NCBI RefSeq assembly: GCF_902459465.1
Contig: NC_047077.1
Coordinates: forward strand, 13,764,001-13,828,000
Reading direction: 5' to 3'
DNA length: 64,000 bases
From: Asterias rubens
Taxonomy: Eukaryota
Below the pieces are notes generated by a model. That model saw only the letters and a list, made by a program, of their open reading frames with translations, did no database searches and was not told the origin of the DNA. Position numbers and translations under genes: made by a program. Every line of letters begins with the position of its first letter. Position 1 is the first letter of the stretch. Shown one piece after another: positions 1 to 12,799 of the stretch.

Positions 1-131
1 GTTGTTTTAAAGGCAACATATTTAACAACGTTTAACAAAAATTCCGAAAACCTGTAGAGAATCAAATTATGATTCTTTGAAAGAAATTTGACAAACCAAA
101 CAATGATTATACTACAAAAATAAAACATTTA

Positions 132-485
132 TTAAAGACACTGGACACTATTGGTAATTGTCAAAAAACAGTCTTCTCCACTATTAAACATACAATAACA
201 AACCTGTGAAAATTTGAGCTCAATTGGTCATCGAAGTTGCGAGATATGAATGAAATAAAAAACACCCTTGTCACACGAAGTTGTGTGCTTTCAGATGCTT
301 GATTTCGAGACCTCAAAAATCAAAATTCGTGGAAAATTACCTCTGTCTCGAAAACTACGTCACTTCAGAGGGAGTCGTTTCTAACAATGGTTTATACTAT
401 CAACCTCTCCCCATTACTCGTTAACAAGTGACGTTTTATGCTGATCATTTTTTGAGTAATTACCAATAGTGTCCACTGCCTTTAA
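132..485 (+). mobile_element. Kolobok/T2-type MITE (main family), full length
   Basis: TTAA-AGACACTGGACACTATTGGTAATT...AATTACCAATAGTGTCCACTGCCT-TTAA. The body is shared with more than 10 other copies. Strand is relative orientation only. Confidence 0.88.
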
Positions 486-962
486 TTGTTGCATGGTTTT
501 TAAATGTAGCAAGTATTTGACAATATTATTACAAGAGACCTTGGTCAGTACCGTAACAGTTGTCCTTTCACAAGTGATTCATTCATTTGTAAAAGTTTAG
601 AACCATGATCATAATATATAGCAATGGACTCTTGCTTAATGGCTCTCGTGTGAAAGGGACTTTAAAATAGACGTTGCCTGAATCTGATTACCTGTAAGTT
701 ATTTTGTGTGACATGACCTTTGAGTCTACAAAGCTCACCCAAATAGCACTTGCTTGGAAGACTAAAGTTTCGCTCACGAGCAACGCCTTCAAAACGTCTT
801 TACAAGTGAAATATTCAGGGAGACTTTTATCAGCCAGGAAACGGCCCCTTATGAATCATACAAGGCCAAACAAAACCTAGCCTGTCACAGACCCTGTCAA
901 CCTAGCCTGTCAAAGATCCTCTCTCCAGTGCATTAGCACATCCTTGCAAGAAGCACAACCCT

Positions 963-1279
963 TTAAAGGCACTGGACACCTTTGGTATTGTCAGAGAACA
1001 GTCAAATCTTTGAAAATATTGATTTAATTGGTCATTTAAGTTGCAAGTGAATAATGCAAGAAAAACACCCTTGTTGCACATATTATGTTGCGCTTTTCAG
1101 ATGCCTAAATAGAGGCTTTTATTCCTTTAGTGACTAATTACCTCTTTCTTATTTTACTACGTTACTTCAGAGGGAGACAATGTTTTATACTATTAACAGC
1201 TCTCCATTGCTCGTTACCAAATAAGTTTGTATTTTAACATTTATTTTGATTAAGTACCAATAGTGTCAAGTGCCTTTAA
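963..1279 (+). mobile_element. Kolobok/T2-type MITE, diverged copy
   Basis: TTAA-AGGCACTGGACACC...TAGTGTCAAGTGCCT-TTAA with internal family motifs. Confidence 0.8.
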
Positions 1280-4200
1280 AGACCAGGCTAGTTTTAAACA
1301 TGTGGGCGGGGAGAAAGTCGAGAGTGAATGTGCGAAAGGTTGAGTCGATTTGACCCAGGCCCTCTGCAGTGCTGGCGTAACTTCCTGTTCTCGTGACGAA
1401 TTGTGTGTAAAACATTATCCCAAAAGGATATTTTGGGATAGAAATAATTAGTCACTACTGGTCTAGGTCAGTTTCAATTTAAAAAGGGGGTCTTCGCAAT
1501 GACACCACAAAATGGTATTAGTCAATAATCCTTAGGTGTGGTTTATTTGTTTGATTGGGTTTGTTTGCTGTTTGTGAACAGAGAAACTACTTCAGTTCTT
1601 AAGGAAAAGTTCCCCTGAGAGTCTTATGTCAAATGAATCACCTTACGATGAATGTGTGTATCTAAATAGACAAAAATCAATTATGTCAAAATACTAAGTG
1701 TGACAAAGAACATTGTGCGAAGGATTGAAAATAGAATGGTAATTAGAAAACGAATACTTCGGAAAAATCTGTGTCATATTTGAGATTAAACCATTAAGGA
1801 ATTAAAATAGAAAGCCATAAATATAAGTGATTATTTTTAAATGTCATATCGGCCCTATTAACTTCATATTATTCTCACATGCAGTAAGGGTGTCACACTG
1901 GGTTAGAGCCCAACAAACTAATGTCGATATCTGATTTATTCCCAAACTCTTGGCACCTCCCATGTCTAAAATCCATTTTGAAATAAGGGAAATGTTGATT
2001 GATAATTTAACCGGAAACTATTCCAAGGGCGACGGACAATGTTTTTGTTTTCTCAACTTACTATTTTGGTAAATTCTTGGCTAAGGTTACTGTTTTAAAT
2101 GTGATACAGGCTTAAGCTATTATCGTTCAAACTAAAGATAAACTGTTGACATTTGAGTTAAAATCAAGCCTGTAAGAAATTGCTTGCATTTTATTTATTG
2201 TTGCTTTACTCAATGTTTAGAGTCTTTCTCGAAGGTCAAACGAGACTGTTTTTTCCTTCGAGGAAGACTCTGCTATGATCAAAACGTCAGGGCATTAATA
2301 ATGTCATTATACCATAAGTCCATTTGGTTGGCAAGTTGCTTGCAATAGCTAATTCTATTTTCTCAATTTATAAGTGTCCCCTTCGTTGACTGGTTCAACT
2401 TAAATGTGTGACATTTCGACACAAGTTTTAGGCTTGGGAAAGTTTGAACTATGCACTTTTTACAGTGAAATAAAATGATATCATGCCCTACCTTTGTTTA
2501 CTTTCTTCTTCGTGCGATCCCACAGCGAATTGAAGTTCTGTTGAAGTGAAGCTAAGTTGATGCTAGGGGGTCGATTGTGGTCCACCCTCCCAGCGTAGTG
2601 ATCACGGTATCGTTGTCCACGCCCAAGAGACGATGTCTGGCCAGCAGCGACGGCACGGGCTTCTCCTGAAACGAAGTTAGCCCCTCTGTAAGGCACCACA
2701 TGCATCCGGGATTCTGACCAGTTGCCTGACCCGAATCTATCTTGCCGAAGTCGGTGCCTCTGAACAGCGCCAGACGAGCTGTCCGCGACAACTTACACGG
2801 CAGTCAATCCCCTGGTCAAATCAGTTTAGTCTTTCTACCAATGATTTATACAGACTCGACTTAACGAACAAGAGCCCACATAGGAAAACTATGTTAGTGA
2901 CGGGAGGGGGAACGAAGGAATACTAGTTGACGCACGACGCAAGCCAGAGAGGAAGGGTAAATTAAGGACTGGAATTAATAGAGGGGAGTGGGGACGTTCC
3001 ATTTTTGCAAAGGGGTGGACAGTAAGTAAAGGGGTTATGAACTATGACGTTTCAATATTAGTATTGTAATACTCTGCATTCTTGGTAGACTTGTGGACAA
3101 GTCGTTAATATTTGTCGCGGTGATAGTCGAGTCGTGGTGGTGGCGTTAAGTATTCAGGTCTCAACGATCGAATACTGCTCTCGCAATGAGAAGAAGTGAT
3201 TTCAAAAACAGAATATTTTGTATGTTCATCGTGAACTGCGATTTTTATTTCGTAACGGTTAAATGTACAATGAACATTAATCATTAAAATAATGTAATAC
3301 AATTTTAATACTCAACTTAATTGTGTACATATCATAGAGTTCTGTAACAATTACAAATCTCTCTAGCCTCTTAGTTAAAGTAACCTGGAAGTGGTATTTT
3401 GTCAAAATAAAGCTTTTGTCACTAAAATATGTGTTTTGATGATTAGAATATGAATAAACAATTAACTAAGGTTTTGAAAAATTAGTTTCCATGTTATTTA
3501 CAAATTTAAAAATAATCCCGACCCGAGAGGGCGCTGTTCGTGACGTCCATCGAGGCGCGATGAATCGGATGCAGTGCAAGAACAAGATAGTGACCCTTGG
3601 CGCAAGCTAAAAACATGCCCTCAAAGTTGAAACAATCCCTGATTTTTTTCACGTTAGGCAAATGCTCCTTTAGGTTCGTTACGTCTTTCAGGTACCTTCT
3701 TCGAATTCCACACTAGCTGGAAAAATTGTAAAGATGACGTCATGTTTTAGAAAAGAACTTTTCTCTTCATGTCAAAATGTGTAGTGTACTCCGGATTCTC
3801 TAAGTACGACGGATCGAAGTGTTTGCTGCACAGCGCTGGAAAAGACGTCGGACCGGACCACTTTGCAAACTGACCCGATCGTTAGTTGTTTTGCTGCATC
3901 CACCTGGTCGACATTGCCGGGAAAATGCAAGATAAAAACTTTATCGAAACGTACAACTCACGACTAGGACTTGAATGTACTTGAAAGTACGTGTGTTCGA
4001 TGTTAGATCGAGGCAAAGTCTTCCTCGATTGACGTCAAAAAAAAGGGTAGGCGGAGTCATCCCCCACACAACTTTATTTATTTTTTTAAACACTACGCCA
4101 CATTTAAAGTCACCTGGAAATATAATTTTTTTTCTTCAAACAGTAGAGTATATGTTTCTGAACAATAAAATAATTTCTTGAGTAATTGTTTTTAACGATT

Positions 4201-4992
4201 TATATATCGGGGGAGAGACTTCCTATTGTTTTATTTTGTGTGGTTTCCCCCTCCCGTTGTCCAAGCTTCCTTGGACACTCTAAGGTCACAAAAACGCCAG
4301 AGCTGCGTACACACCTCTCTTCCTCTTTGAGTTCCGCCGTCTCTCAATTTCTCACCAGGGGGGTAACGTGCCGTAAAGTAATGGCGTGATGGCGTACTTC
4401 AGATTGAGAGAGGTCACTGGAATACAGCGTGCCGGTAACCGTTTTTGCCATGTTATGAAACGAAACTAATGTTTTTTCTAGTTTATCAAGCTCTGGTGGT
4501 TTTGTTTTTGCTGAATAGTTTTTTATTGCTAATTAAAAAAAAAAAATGTTTACAAAGGGGCAACAAAAGCAACGTTCAAGTTCACCACGACACGCCCAAT
4601 TTGGCCCCATCTTGAAATGGCAATAAAGCAAAATAATTAATCTTTTCAAGGGCTGCAACTACGCTTTGTATTGCTGCAATGCAAGAGCAGAAAACCGTGG
4701 GCACGGTAATTAGGCTGAAACACTTTGTTATTGCTATAATAAAATAAAAAAATCAATTTTCAGCGAAAGACCAATGAAGCAACGGTCACTGCTACACCGT
4801 CTGCATGCTAACAGTGTACCTAAACAAAGAAGAATAAATACACGAATAAAACAACAGAGCATAAATAAAATGCAGCAACAGCCAGTCAACACTCCCACTC
4901 AGAATTTTGACCAAACCTTGCAACTTCACAGGGAGCAAACATCTCTCGACTGATATAATTATTGCGACTGGGGGTTAAGACTATCCTACATC

Positions 4993-7900
4993 ATGGCGGG
5001 CTTTATGAACCTTAGTTTCTGTATTGCTGGCAGGTAAGTCAAGCTTCAATGTCTGTCCTTGTATAAACCACTGACGTGTGTTAATAATGCCCCCATCACA
5101 CCGCTCTATACGCTCTGAAAAATGTATAGTCTTGTTGCAAGAAGATAGTAAATTTGTACGGCGACGAGGAGGGAGCGGGGGTGCACAAATTTGACCCAAC
5201 GCGATAAAGGCAAAGATTTACATGCTCCCATTGGCTGGTGTCTGTGATGTTTATACTTTCTTAATAATATAATAATAAGATGATAAGTGTTTATAACATA
5301 TGGCAAACGTATCTACCAAATAAGCCAAGTATGAATTCGGAGACCCCCAAGTAGCACTTAATAAGGGTTTACAGGGTGCTACGGCACATTCATCAGCCAC
5401 AGCCAGGAACAATGGGATGAATAAGGGTTTACAGGGTGCAGCTACGGCACATTCATCAGCCACAGCCAGGAACAATGGGATGAATAAGAGTTTACAGGGT
5501 GCAGCTACGGCACATTCATCAGCCACAGCCAGGAATAATGGGATAAATAAGGGTTTACAGGGTGCTACGGCACATACATCAGCCACAGCCAGGAACAATG
5601 GGATGAATAAGGGTTTACAGGGTGCAGCTACGGCACATTCATCAGCCACAGCCAGGAACAATGGGATGAATCCCTTCTTTGATGAATGCACTGGGTTCTT
5701 TTATACGTGAGTTACAAAAAACACGGGGGCCAATGGCTTTACGTCCCCTCTGAAGGAAGAAGCAATGGTTTAGGTGTCTTGATTAAGGACACAAAATGTC
5801 ATTACTGGGATTCGAACCCACACTGATCAGAAACACCATACGCTCTTTACCGCTCGGTGCTCTTAACCGCCCGGCCACGACACTTAAAAATTTAGGGAAA
5901 ATGTTTGGTTGAGGAGTTATGACTTTTTCGAATGTTAAACATCACCTTTTGGTTTTAACCGGAAGTCAAGATCAAATTGGTTCCACCTGTTTTATTAAAA
6001 TTAGTTGTAAAGGTTCAATGAGTGGTTATAGGGTTATAGAGTTATAGTTTTTCATTACTAACTTAAAATTAGACTTGGAAGTCACGGTAGATCACAATTT
6101 GTGTAGCGTCGTTGAGGTTTTTAAAGACATAAGATTGTAAACACTTAGATTGAGAAACAGGATTAAAATACTCAACTTCAAATTCAAGTTTGAACCGGAA
6201 GTCTGGGTCAAATGGGGTCATGTTTTTGTAGCATTAGATACGTATTTGGACAACTTTCTGATGATGAATAACTAGCTAAGGCGGTTTTTTGTTTAACTCT
6301 TATAAGAGTTCAACTTCAGTTTAACTTGTAGTCAAGTTCCAATGATGTCACACTTTGTGTAGCGTCCGCTTAATTTTTAACCGGTAAATTTCCCAATGAT
6401 AATGGAACATAATGTATGGTTCTAGAGTTATAAATAGTGTTATAAATCTGCAGAAGCAAATGGGTTTATTCATAATAATTGGCATTCAATATCGATTTGA
6501 ACCGGACTTAAAGGTCCAATTTAATGTTACTTAGTTTTTAAAGACCTTTCTGATGATGTAAAGATGATATAAATCTATTGTACGGTTCAGCATTGATGAT
6601 TTTTTTTTTCAAATATAAAATTTTAACCTCCGGTTTGAACCGGAATTGAAGGTTCAACGGGGTCACATTTTGTGCATCGTTTTGTCAAATTGTCACAAAT
6701 TATTCAAGTATGTAAATAAGTAAAAAATCTTGTTAAGCGATGATTTTTTTCATTTTTTTTTTTTTCATTAAATTTCATCTTCTGGTTTGAACAGGAAGTC
6801 AGGGTCAAATGGGGTCACTGGAACGGTTGGTAAGGGTGTATAGATCGTGCAATCCCAATTAGTCTAGGAATTAAGAAGTTTAGAAACATGAATAGTTAAT
6901 CTCCGGTTTGAACCGAAACCAAGGTCATACCGGGTCAGATAGTTTGTTGCATTTTTATGGTTTGTAAAGTCCTTTCAGATGATGTATAGATTGTAAACAT
7001 AAAATAGTGTGGGTAATGTGTCAAAATGTCAAACATAACATTGATGTAACAGCTATTAATGCTGAGTTCCACCAAATAAAAATAATTAAAAATCTTGTCA
7101 TTTTCGTTTGCAAAGGTTTCAGCAAGCTCAACGATCTGCAACGTGATGCAAAAATTAATGCTGAAAATGGCGATCTAGGATGGAAACTGTCAAGTGGGTA
7201 CGGGTTAAACCCATTTTTGCAAATTTCTCTTAAATACTACTATCATTTTTTTTTTTTTTTTTTTTGCAGATTGATTGTCTGTACTCTGATATTCATAGAC
7301 GTGGTACAAGTCGTTTCTGGTGAAGGCTGTCGAAATTGCTCCGCAGCATCACGGGAGCACAAGCTGTTTAAAAAGGGCAAGTGGTATCAACCGAGAGAAT
7401 TTGCTCTTACCGGAGGCGCATACCGTAATCAATCGTCATCCGCAGTCACGAGATGTGCGTCTTCTTGTCTGCAAATTGATAACTGCACGTCGTTTAAGTA
7501 CTGTGAAGATGACAAGCTCTGCCAGCTCAACTCATTGCAACCCGAAAACGACACTGCACTGCAGACACCAGGTCATTGCGTTAACTTTGAGGACAAATTG
7601 CTAAACGGTAAGATTAAAAAAACCAAAAAAAAACATTGTTAATGTTCGTTCAGTAACATACAATAATTTAAAAAAAAACATGAGAATTGCAGGACTTAGT
7701 CTTTGGCAGGTCGAGTTTAGAATGACGTTACTCACGGGAATTGTATGTGTACACGGTAACAATCAACAAATTGAAAAAACTAATAATGGGGAAACTCAAT
7801 TAATCTAAAGGTTTTAATAGAGCAAAGACGCAAGCAATGCAAAAATTACAAACGTGGAGAACCATCTTGAGTTACAGTGTGTTTTCTACCTCTGTCACAT

Positions 7901-8685
7901 GGTTGTTAGTTTGTTTTGGTTTATCTTGTTTTTCAGCGTGGAAAAATCCCCCGCACAAGGTTGCCGGAGCTCTGAAGCACGTTTCTGTTGGCGAGGCAGG
8001 AGTTTGGGGCGTCGATGTTCGGTCAAATCTTTACTATAAGGCGTTGTGTGGATCATCCTGGACTCATCATAAAGACGCATCGAATCTGGGACTGGTACAG
8101 GTTGATGTCGGCAAGAACGTGATTTGGGCCATTAACAAATTTAATTATGTTTACTTAAGTGAAATTTCTACTAGTCGCCCCGATACCCTTGTGTTCAGCA
8201 AAGCCAGTGATTGGGCGCAACATATTAGTGTTAGCCAAAAGGGGCATGTATGGGGCTGCATTTCCCTTAATGTTATTCACCGTACGGGAGTGACCATTGA
8301 TAAACCTGGGGGCGATGCGTGGAGGTATGTAGGGCACGGCTATGCTCAGATCTCAGTCGGTTCTGGTGGTGTCTGGGGAGTCACTCATACTAAGAAGATT
8401 TCCTACCGAGTGGGAACTTATGGTGACCCAGACTCAGATACGGATGGCTCAGATTGGGAAAACGTAGAGTCCTTAGGCATTTCACCGCAGTATGTCAGTT
8501 CGGGTGACGTCATTTACATAACTGATACTAAAGGTGTTATCTACTACCGCGTTGGAACGTCGGCTGAAAAACCAACTGGCACAGCTTGGCAAAAGATTGG
8601 CGGGAATCTGAAACAAGTTGAGGCACTTTCGGGCACATTCTGGGGCGTTGACGCTGAAAATAATGTTTATACAAATGAAGCTTGA
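4993..8685 (+). CDS. Secreted PAN/apple-like + tectonin (TECPR-type) beta-propeller lectin, paralogue 1, 375 aa, 3 coding exons
   Basis: Exons 4993-5033 (MAGFMNLSFCIAG, AG|gtaagt), 7270-7607 (ttgcag|, G|gtaaga) and 7937-8685 (tttcag|, stop TGA) join in frame (1128 nt). Hydrophobic N-terminus (LIVCTLIFIDVVQVVSG). PAN-like Cys motif CASSCLQIDNCTSFKYCEDDKLCQLN. Repeated L/I-x-Q/H-V/I-S-V-G-x(3-4)-V-W-G-V blades as in tectonin/fish-egg-lectin/tachylectin-1 propellers. Confidence 0.88.
5325..5883 (-). mobile_element. tRNA-derived SINE whose 3' body carries a 5-unit tandem expansion
   Basis: Minus strand reads GTGTCGTGGCCGGGCGGTTAAGAGC (A box) ... GGGTTCGAATCCC (B box) ... GTGTCCTTAATCAAGACAC, and the body runs straight into the 60/63-bp repeat. 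Confidence 0.75.
5361..5669. repeat. Minisatellite, 5 units of 60/63/63/60/63 bp
   Basis: Unit ATAAGGGTTTACAGGGTGC(AGC)TACGGCACATTCATCAGCCACAGCCAGGAACAATGGGATGA; units start at 5361, 5421, 5484, 5547 and 5607. Confidence 0.95.
5950..6940. repeat. Decayed ~120-165-bp tandem array with recurring GAACCGGAAGTC...GGTCA motifs in intron 1 of lectin 1
   Basis: Motif copies near 5955, 6192, 6498, 6637, 6788 and 6910, with weaker copies near 6075 and 6325. Confidence 0.6.
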
Positions 8686-9164
8686 GTTTTGGCAGTTTGA
8701 TATTGGCATGTTCGAAACTGGTTTTAAATTAATTGTAAAAAAAAATGTTGTTAATATCTAATTCCCGAGTCAATTTTGCCCGGGAGTTTTTTAGAACGGA
8801 TAGAATTAGTAATCCAAACTTAATAAATTCATCACTGCTTACATAGTCATAAAGTTGCAAGCCAACGACCGACTGCACTCGACATGGTATCATTATGACA
8901 AACCATTCACTTTTATTATAGTGCGCCACCACTCGGGTAACGAGCATCAAACTTGCCTCGTGACTTAATTTCAATAACGCGGTTAATTCTCTGCGTCAGC
9001 AACGCAAAACTTCCACTATAACATTAGTTTTCACACTCTCTCACGCAGGATTTGTTTACTTACTCACAGCTGAAATTTGCATAACTACGCTGGCCAATCA
9101 GGAGACCACACAACTGTTGGTCGCGTCTATTACCAACAGGTTAGAATCAAAAGATTTACAGACA

Positions 9165-9290
9165 CTGAATCGCAAAGGTCGTTGGTTCAAATCCCACCCG
9201 AGTAGTATGCATGATTTTGTTCACAGCGCTCGGGAAAGTACTGAGTATATCAATGTTAACACTCATTGTGTGTATGGGTGAAAAAAACGA
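9165..9290 (+). mobile_element. 5'-truncated tRNA-derived SINE
   Basis: AAAGGTCGTTGGTTCAAATCCCACCCGAGT (B box) followed by a short body. Confidence 0.45.
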
Positions 9291-10393
9291 AAATGAAAGG
9301 TAGCATTTTATGTTTAATACCATCCCCTTATTTCTAGCTTAAAATGATACAAGCATCATAAAATATTAAAAAGTATGCATAATAAAACATATGTTTCTTA
9401 CTAGACGAAATTTTCTCTTACGGGTTTTAATTTAATTAAGAACTCGAGTCGATTTGTTTTAGGTCTTAAATAAATTGCAACTTGAATTATTGAGCAGCAG
9501 CAGCATTTATTAACATCAATGTTGTATTTTTGTACTTTATCCCGTAGTATAAGACGGTTACTTTTGATTTTCCGTCCACTTTTGGACTAATTTTAAGGGA
9601 GGTAAACGTTTGGTAATCGCTCTTGAAATTCAAGGCAAAAACAACTTGTGGTAAAGAAGACTACATCAGTTTTCGATAGTATAAAACCTTTTCAGAAACA
9701 TCTCACTTTGAAGTAGTATGGTTAAGTATAGTATAAAATAGTATAAAACCCTTTTCAGAAACATCTCACTTTGAAGTAGTATGGTTAAGTAAAACGATAT
9801 CAGCTTTGATGTCCCAAAATTTAAACATGGGAAGCGTTACTGCGGTAACGCTTCTGAAATTGTGTATTCGAATTGGGATGATATTATTCTTACGAAAGTG
9901 GATATTGTCCCTTTCAGATTTTTGGCGGCATTCTCTTACAAACACGACCACTTTTTTAAGTGAAATGAAACTTGTATTATTTATCTACGGTTTGTATACA
10001 TTTAAAAGGTTAAAAAAAAAACAGAAGTATGCTTTACCATTATCCCTCCATACGAGTAGACAATGTGGACACTTTTATTTTGTTCCAGAGTGCCTTTGTC
10101 AAATGTTTTGAGTTTATCACTAATTTCTTATTATATTGATTTGATTTACTTCTCTTCGATTCGGTGATTGGTTAATAAATGCATAATATGTGCGTGTCAT
10201 TCATGTTTAATGATTGAGTGTTATGTGCTTTTGTAACCAGGGACCTCGTAATTACTGTTTCTGTGTTGCTTTTCAAGATGTAGCATTATAAGATACCAAA
10301 CGGAAAAACAAGCTTTACATGTTTTTTTTTTCTTTTTCTTTTTTAGGGGGGACAACAATACAAGTGAAACATGAAACATTTGTTTTCCAAGAC

Positions 10394-10550
10394 CAGGGGT
10401 GGATTTCACAAATAGTTAAAAAGAATAGTCTTATCTTGAGTTAAGACGCGTTACTCCTCCTATCTTATGACTAGCCATCGTTTTTTGTATCTCCTATAGG
10501 ACTAGTCCTAAGTTGGGACTAGTCCTAAATCTTTGTGAAATCGTCCCCTG
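10394..10550. mobile_element. Harbinger-like MITE
   Basis: TIR CAGGGGTGGATTTCACAAA / TTTGTGAAATCGTCCCCTG (17/19 match). Confidence 0.68.
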
Positions 10551-11028
10551 TATTTTTTTCCTAGCGCGGTCAAAGACAGGAGGGGGCTACAAAAACCGTT
10601 GCAGTTTTACTTTAGTCGAAATGTGGCGCTATTTATTCCTCAAGTTAACTTCTGTTATGGTACGCGTCCATATAATATCCTTGCTGTGCCGCTCTTGGTA
10701 TTGATCGTTCTTCGATCTCATTCGCACCTCACCCGTCGATGATTGCTCCTCCGTGCTTGTTTTACGTTACGGTGGTTGGAGAAAATGGTGGACTGACCCA
10801 AACCGCCACCCTTCCGTTGCTGTACGCCACGGTGCTCTTGAAATCAGAGTGAGATACTTCTATTGTCTGGTGTCGTGTGGTTTCCCCTCCAACTCTCCAA
10901 ACTTCCTGGAACAGACTCTAGGTCACAAGAATGTCAGAGCTGCGTACGTATATTTTTTCCGCTTTGAGTTCCGTCTTCTTTCATTTTCTAACCAAGAGTA
11001 TAATGTGTCGTATACGTACAGTATGTAT

Positions 11029-11580
11029 CATCATACCATTCTAGTTTGTCGTCAGGCCAGGACTGTCCTAGTACAGTCGGCATATCTTCCTCCATGGTAT
11101 CATCATACCATTATGGTCTGCCTTTACAGGGCCGGCACTGGCCCAGTACAGGCTGTATCATCATACCATTATGACTTGAATTTACCAGGCCGGCACTGGC
11201 CCAGTACAGTCTGTATTGTCATACCATTATGGTTTGCCTTTATCAGGCCGGCACTGGCCCAGTACAGTCTGTATCATCATACCATTATGGTTTGCTTTTA
11301 CCGGGCCGGCACTGGCCCAGTACAGTCTGTATCAACATACCATTATGGTTTGCCTTTACCGGGCCGGCACTGGCCCAGTACAGGCTGTATCATCATACCA
11401 TTATGGTTTGCCTTTATCAGGCCGCGCTGGCCCAGTACAGGCTGTATCATCATACCATTATGACTTGAATTTACCAGGCCGGCACTGGCCCAGTACAGTC
11501 TGTATTGTCATACCATTATGGTTTGCCTTTACCGGGCCGGCATTGGCCCAGCACAGTCTATATTGTCATACCATTATGAG
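11029..11580. repeat. 58-bp minisatellite, about 9 units
   Basis: Unit CATCATACCATTATGGTTTGCCTTTACCGGGCCGGCACTGGCCCAGTACAGTCTGTAT; starts at 11101, 11159, 11217, 11275, 11333, 11391, 11448, 11506 and 11564, plus a degenerate unit at 11029. Confidence 0.95.
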
Positions 11581-12799
11581 CTGGATGAAGAAGATCATAC
11601 ACGATGCTATAATAAAAGCAGTTTTTCTATGGAAAAAAAAAACCGCGAAGTCCAAAGTAATTTTTATTTTATTTTTAAATGGTAACATTGTTCTGCGTGA
11701 AATGATCACCCGAACCCAACCATCCATGTGTGGTATTTGATTCGCTTGTGTTTTTCCCACCTGTTGACTGATGCATCGGGTTTCTTTCCACTGCACGACC
11801 CACGAAATTCACTCCTCTTGGACCTTAGGTTGTCCTTGCACAAGACAATTATTTCCTCTGTAAGAACTTAAAATTAAAATGTAACTCTTAAATAAAAACA
11901 CACTACCGTAATATACTTTTGTGATACGCAGAGGTCAAGGATTTCTAGGTACGATACTGTATTAATAAACAATAACATAGTATTATAAGTGTTTGAAACA
12001 TAACAGTGGGATCAAACCTAAGAAAAATATCAAACCTAAACAAACGATCGAACCTAAAAGATGACATTTTGTGAAGCTGTGATGTTTAGGCTAAAACATG
12101 TATTGCTATTTAAAACAATAAGGGGTCCAAGAAACATATTACACCATCTCTACGTTCTTTTCCACCCCTGTCATTTGCATATTTTTTGGCATGCCATTCT
12201 TGATGACAAGTTGTTAGGCCTAAAAATCTACATTTATTGATATCATGAAAAGGGACCAAAGGCAATTGTCAAGGTTACACCATCTATACGTTCAATTTAA
12301 ATCGTGTGCTTAACTCTTTTGACATGGCAATAAAGCAAAACTAATTATTTTCAAAACTCTGGCCTTTAGACTACAATGCTTTTTATTACTGTACTACAAA
12401 AATAAATCATCAGCTAACTACCGGCGATCAATTATCTACACGCTAAATTTACTCCATCTACCTTTTTTGTGACCAGGCAATAAGGCAAATTAATTATAGC
12501 TCGTCAGTTTCGGCTGAAACGCTTTTTTTTCTATAATTGTTTTGTTTCGGGGGAATATAAAAAAAATTAGCGAAGGACCAACCAAGCAATGATGACAGTA
12601 TCACCATCTGCACGCTCGAATCTTGTTTAGTGAACCTAAAATTAATTATGAAGAAATTAAATATTATGAAAAAACAGCGCATGTAAAAGGCGGCAACATC
12701 CAGACGGCCACCTCACTCAGACTTTGATTCAAATCCTGTTACTTCACCGAGAATAAAGCTATCGACTGTTTTTGCGACTGAGGTTAAGACTACAACATC

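Noticed and set aside
5251-5710. Repetitive ORFs on both strands (146 aa and 97 aa)
   Set aside because: Artefact of 60/63-bp units (multiples of 3) inside a SINE in a lectin intron.
10753-11740. Overlapping 236/174/79-aa ORFs
   Set aside because: Read-through of the 58-bp minisatellite, with no splice context or protein family. The units are contiguous with no unique spacers, so it is not a CRISPR array.
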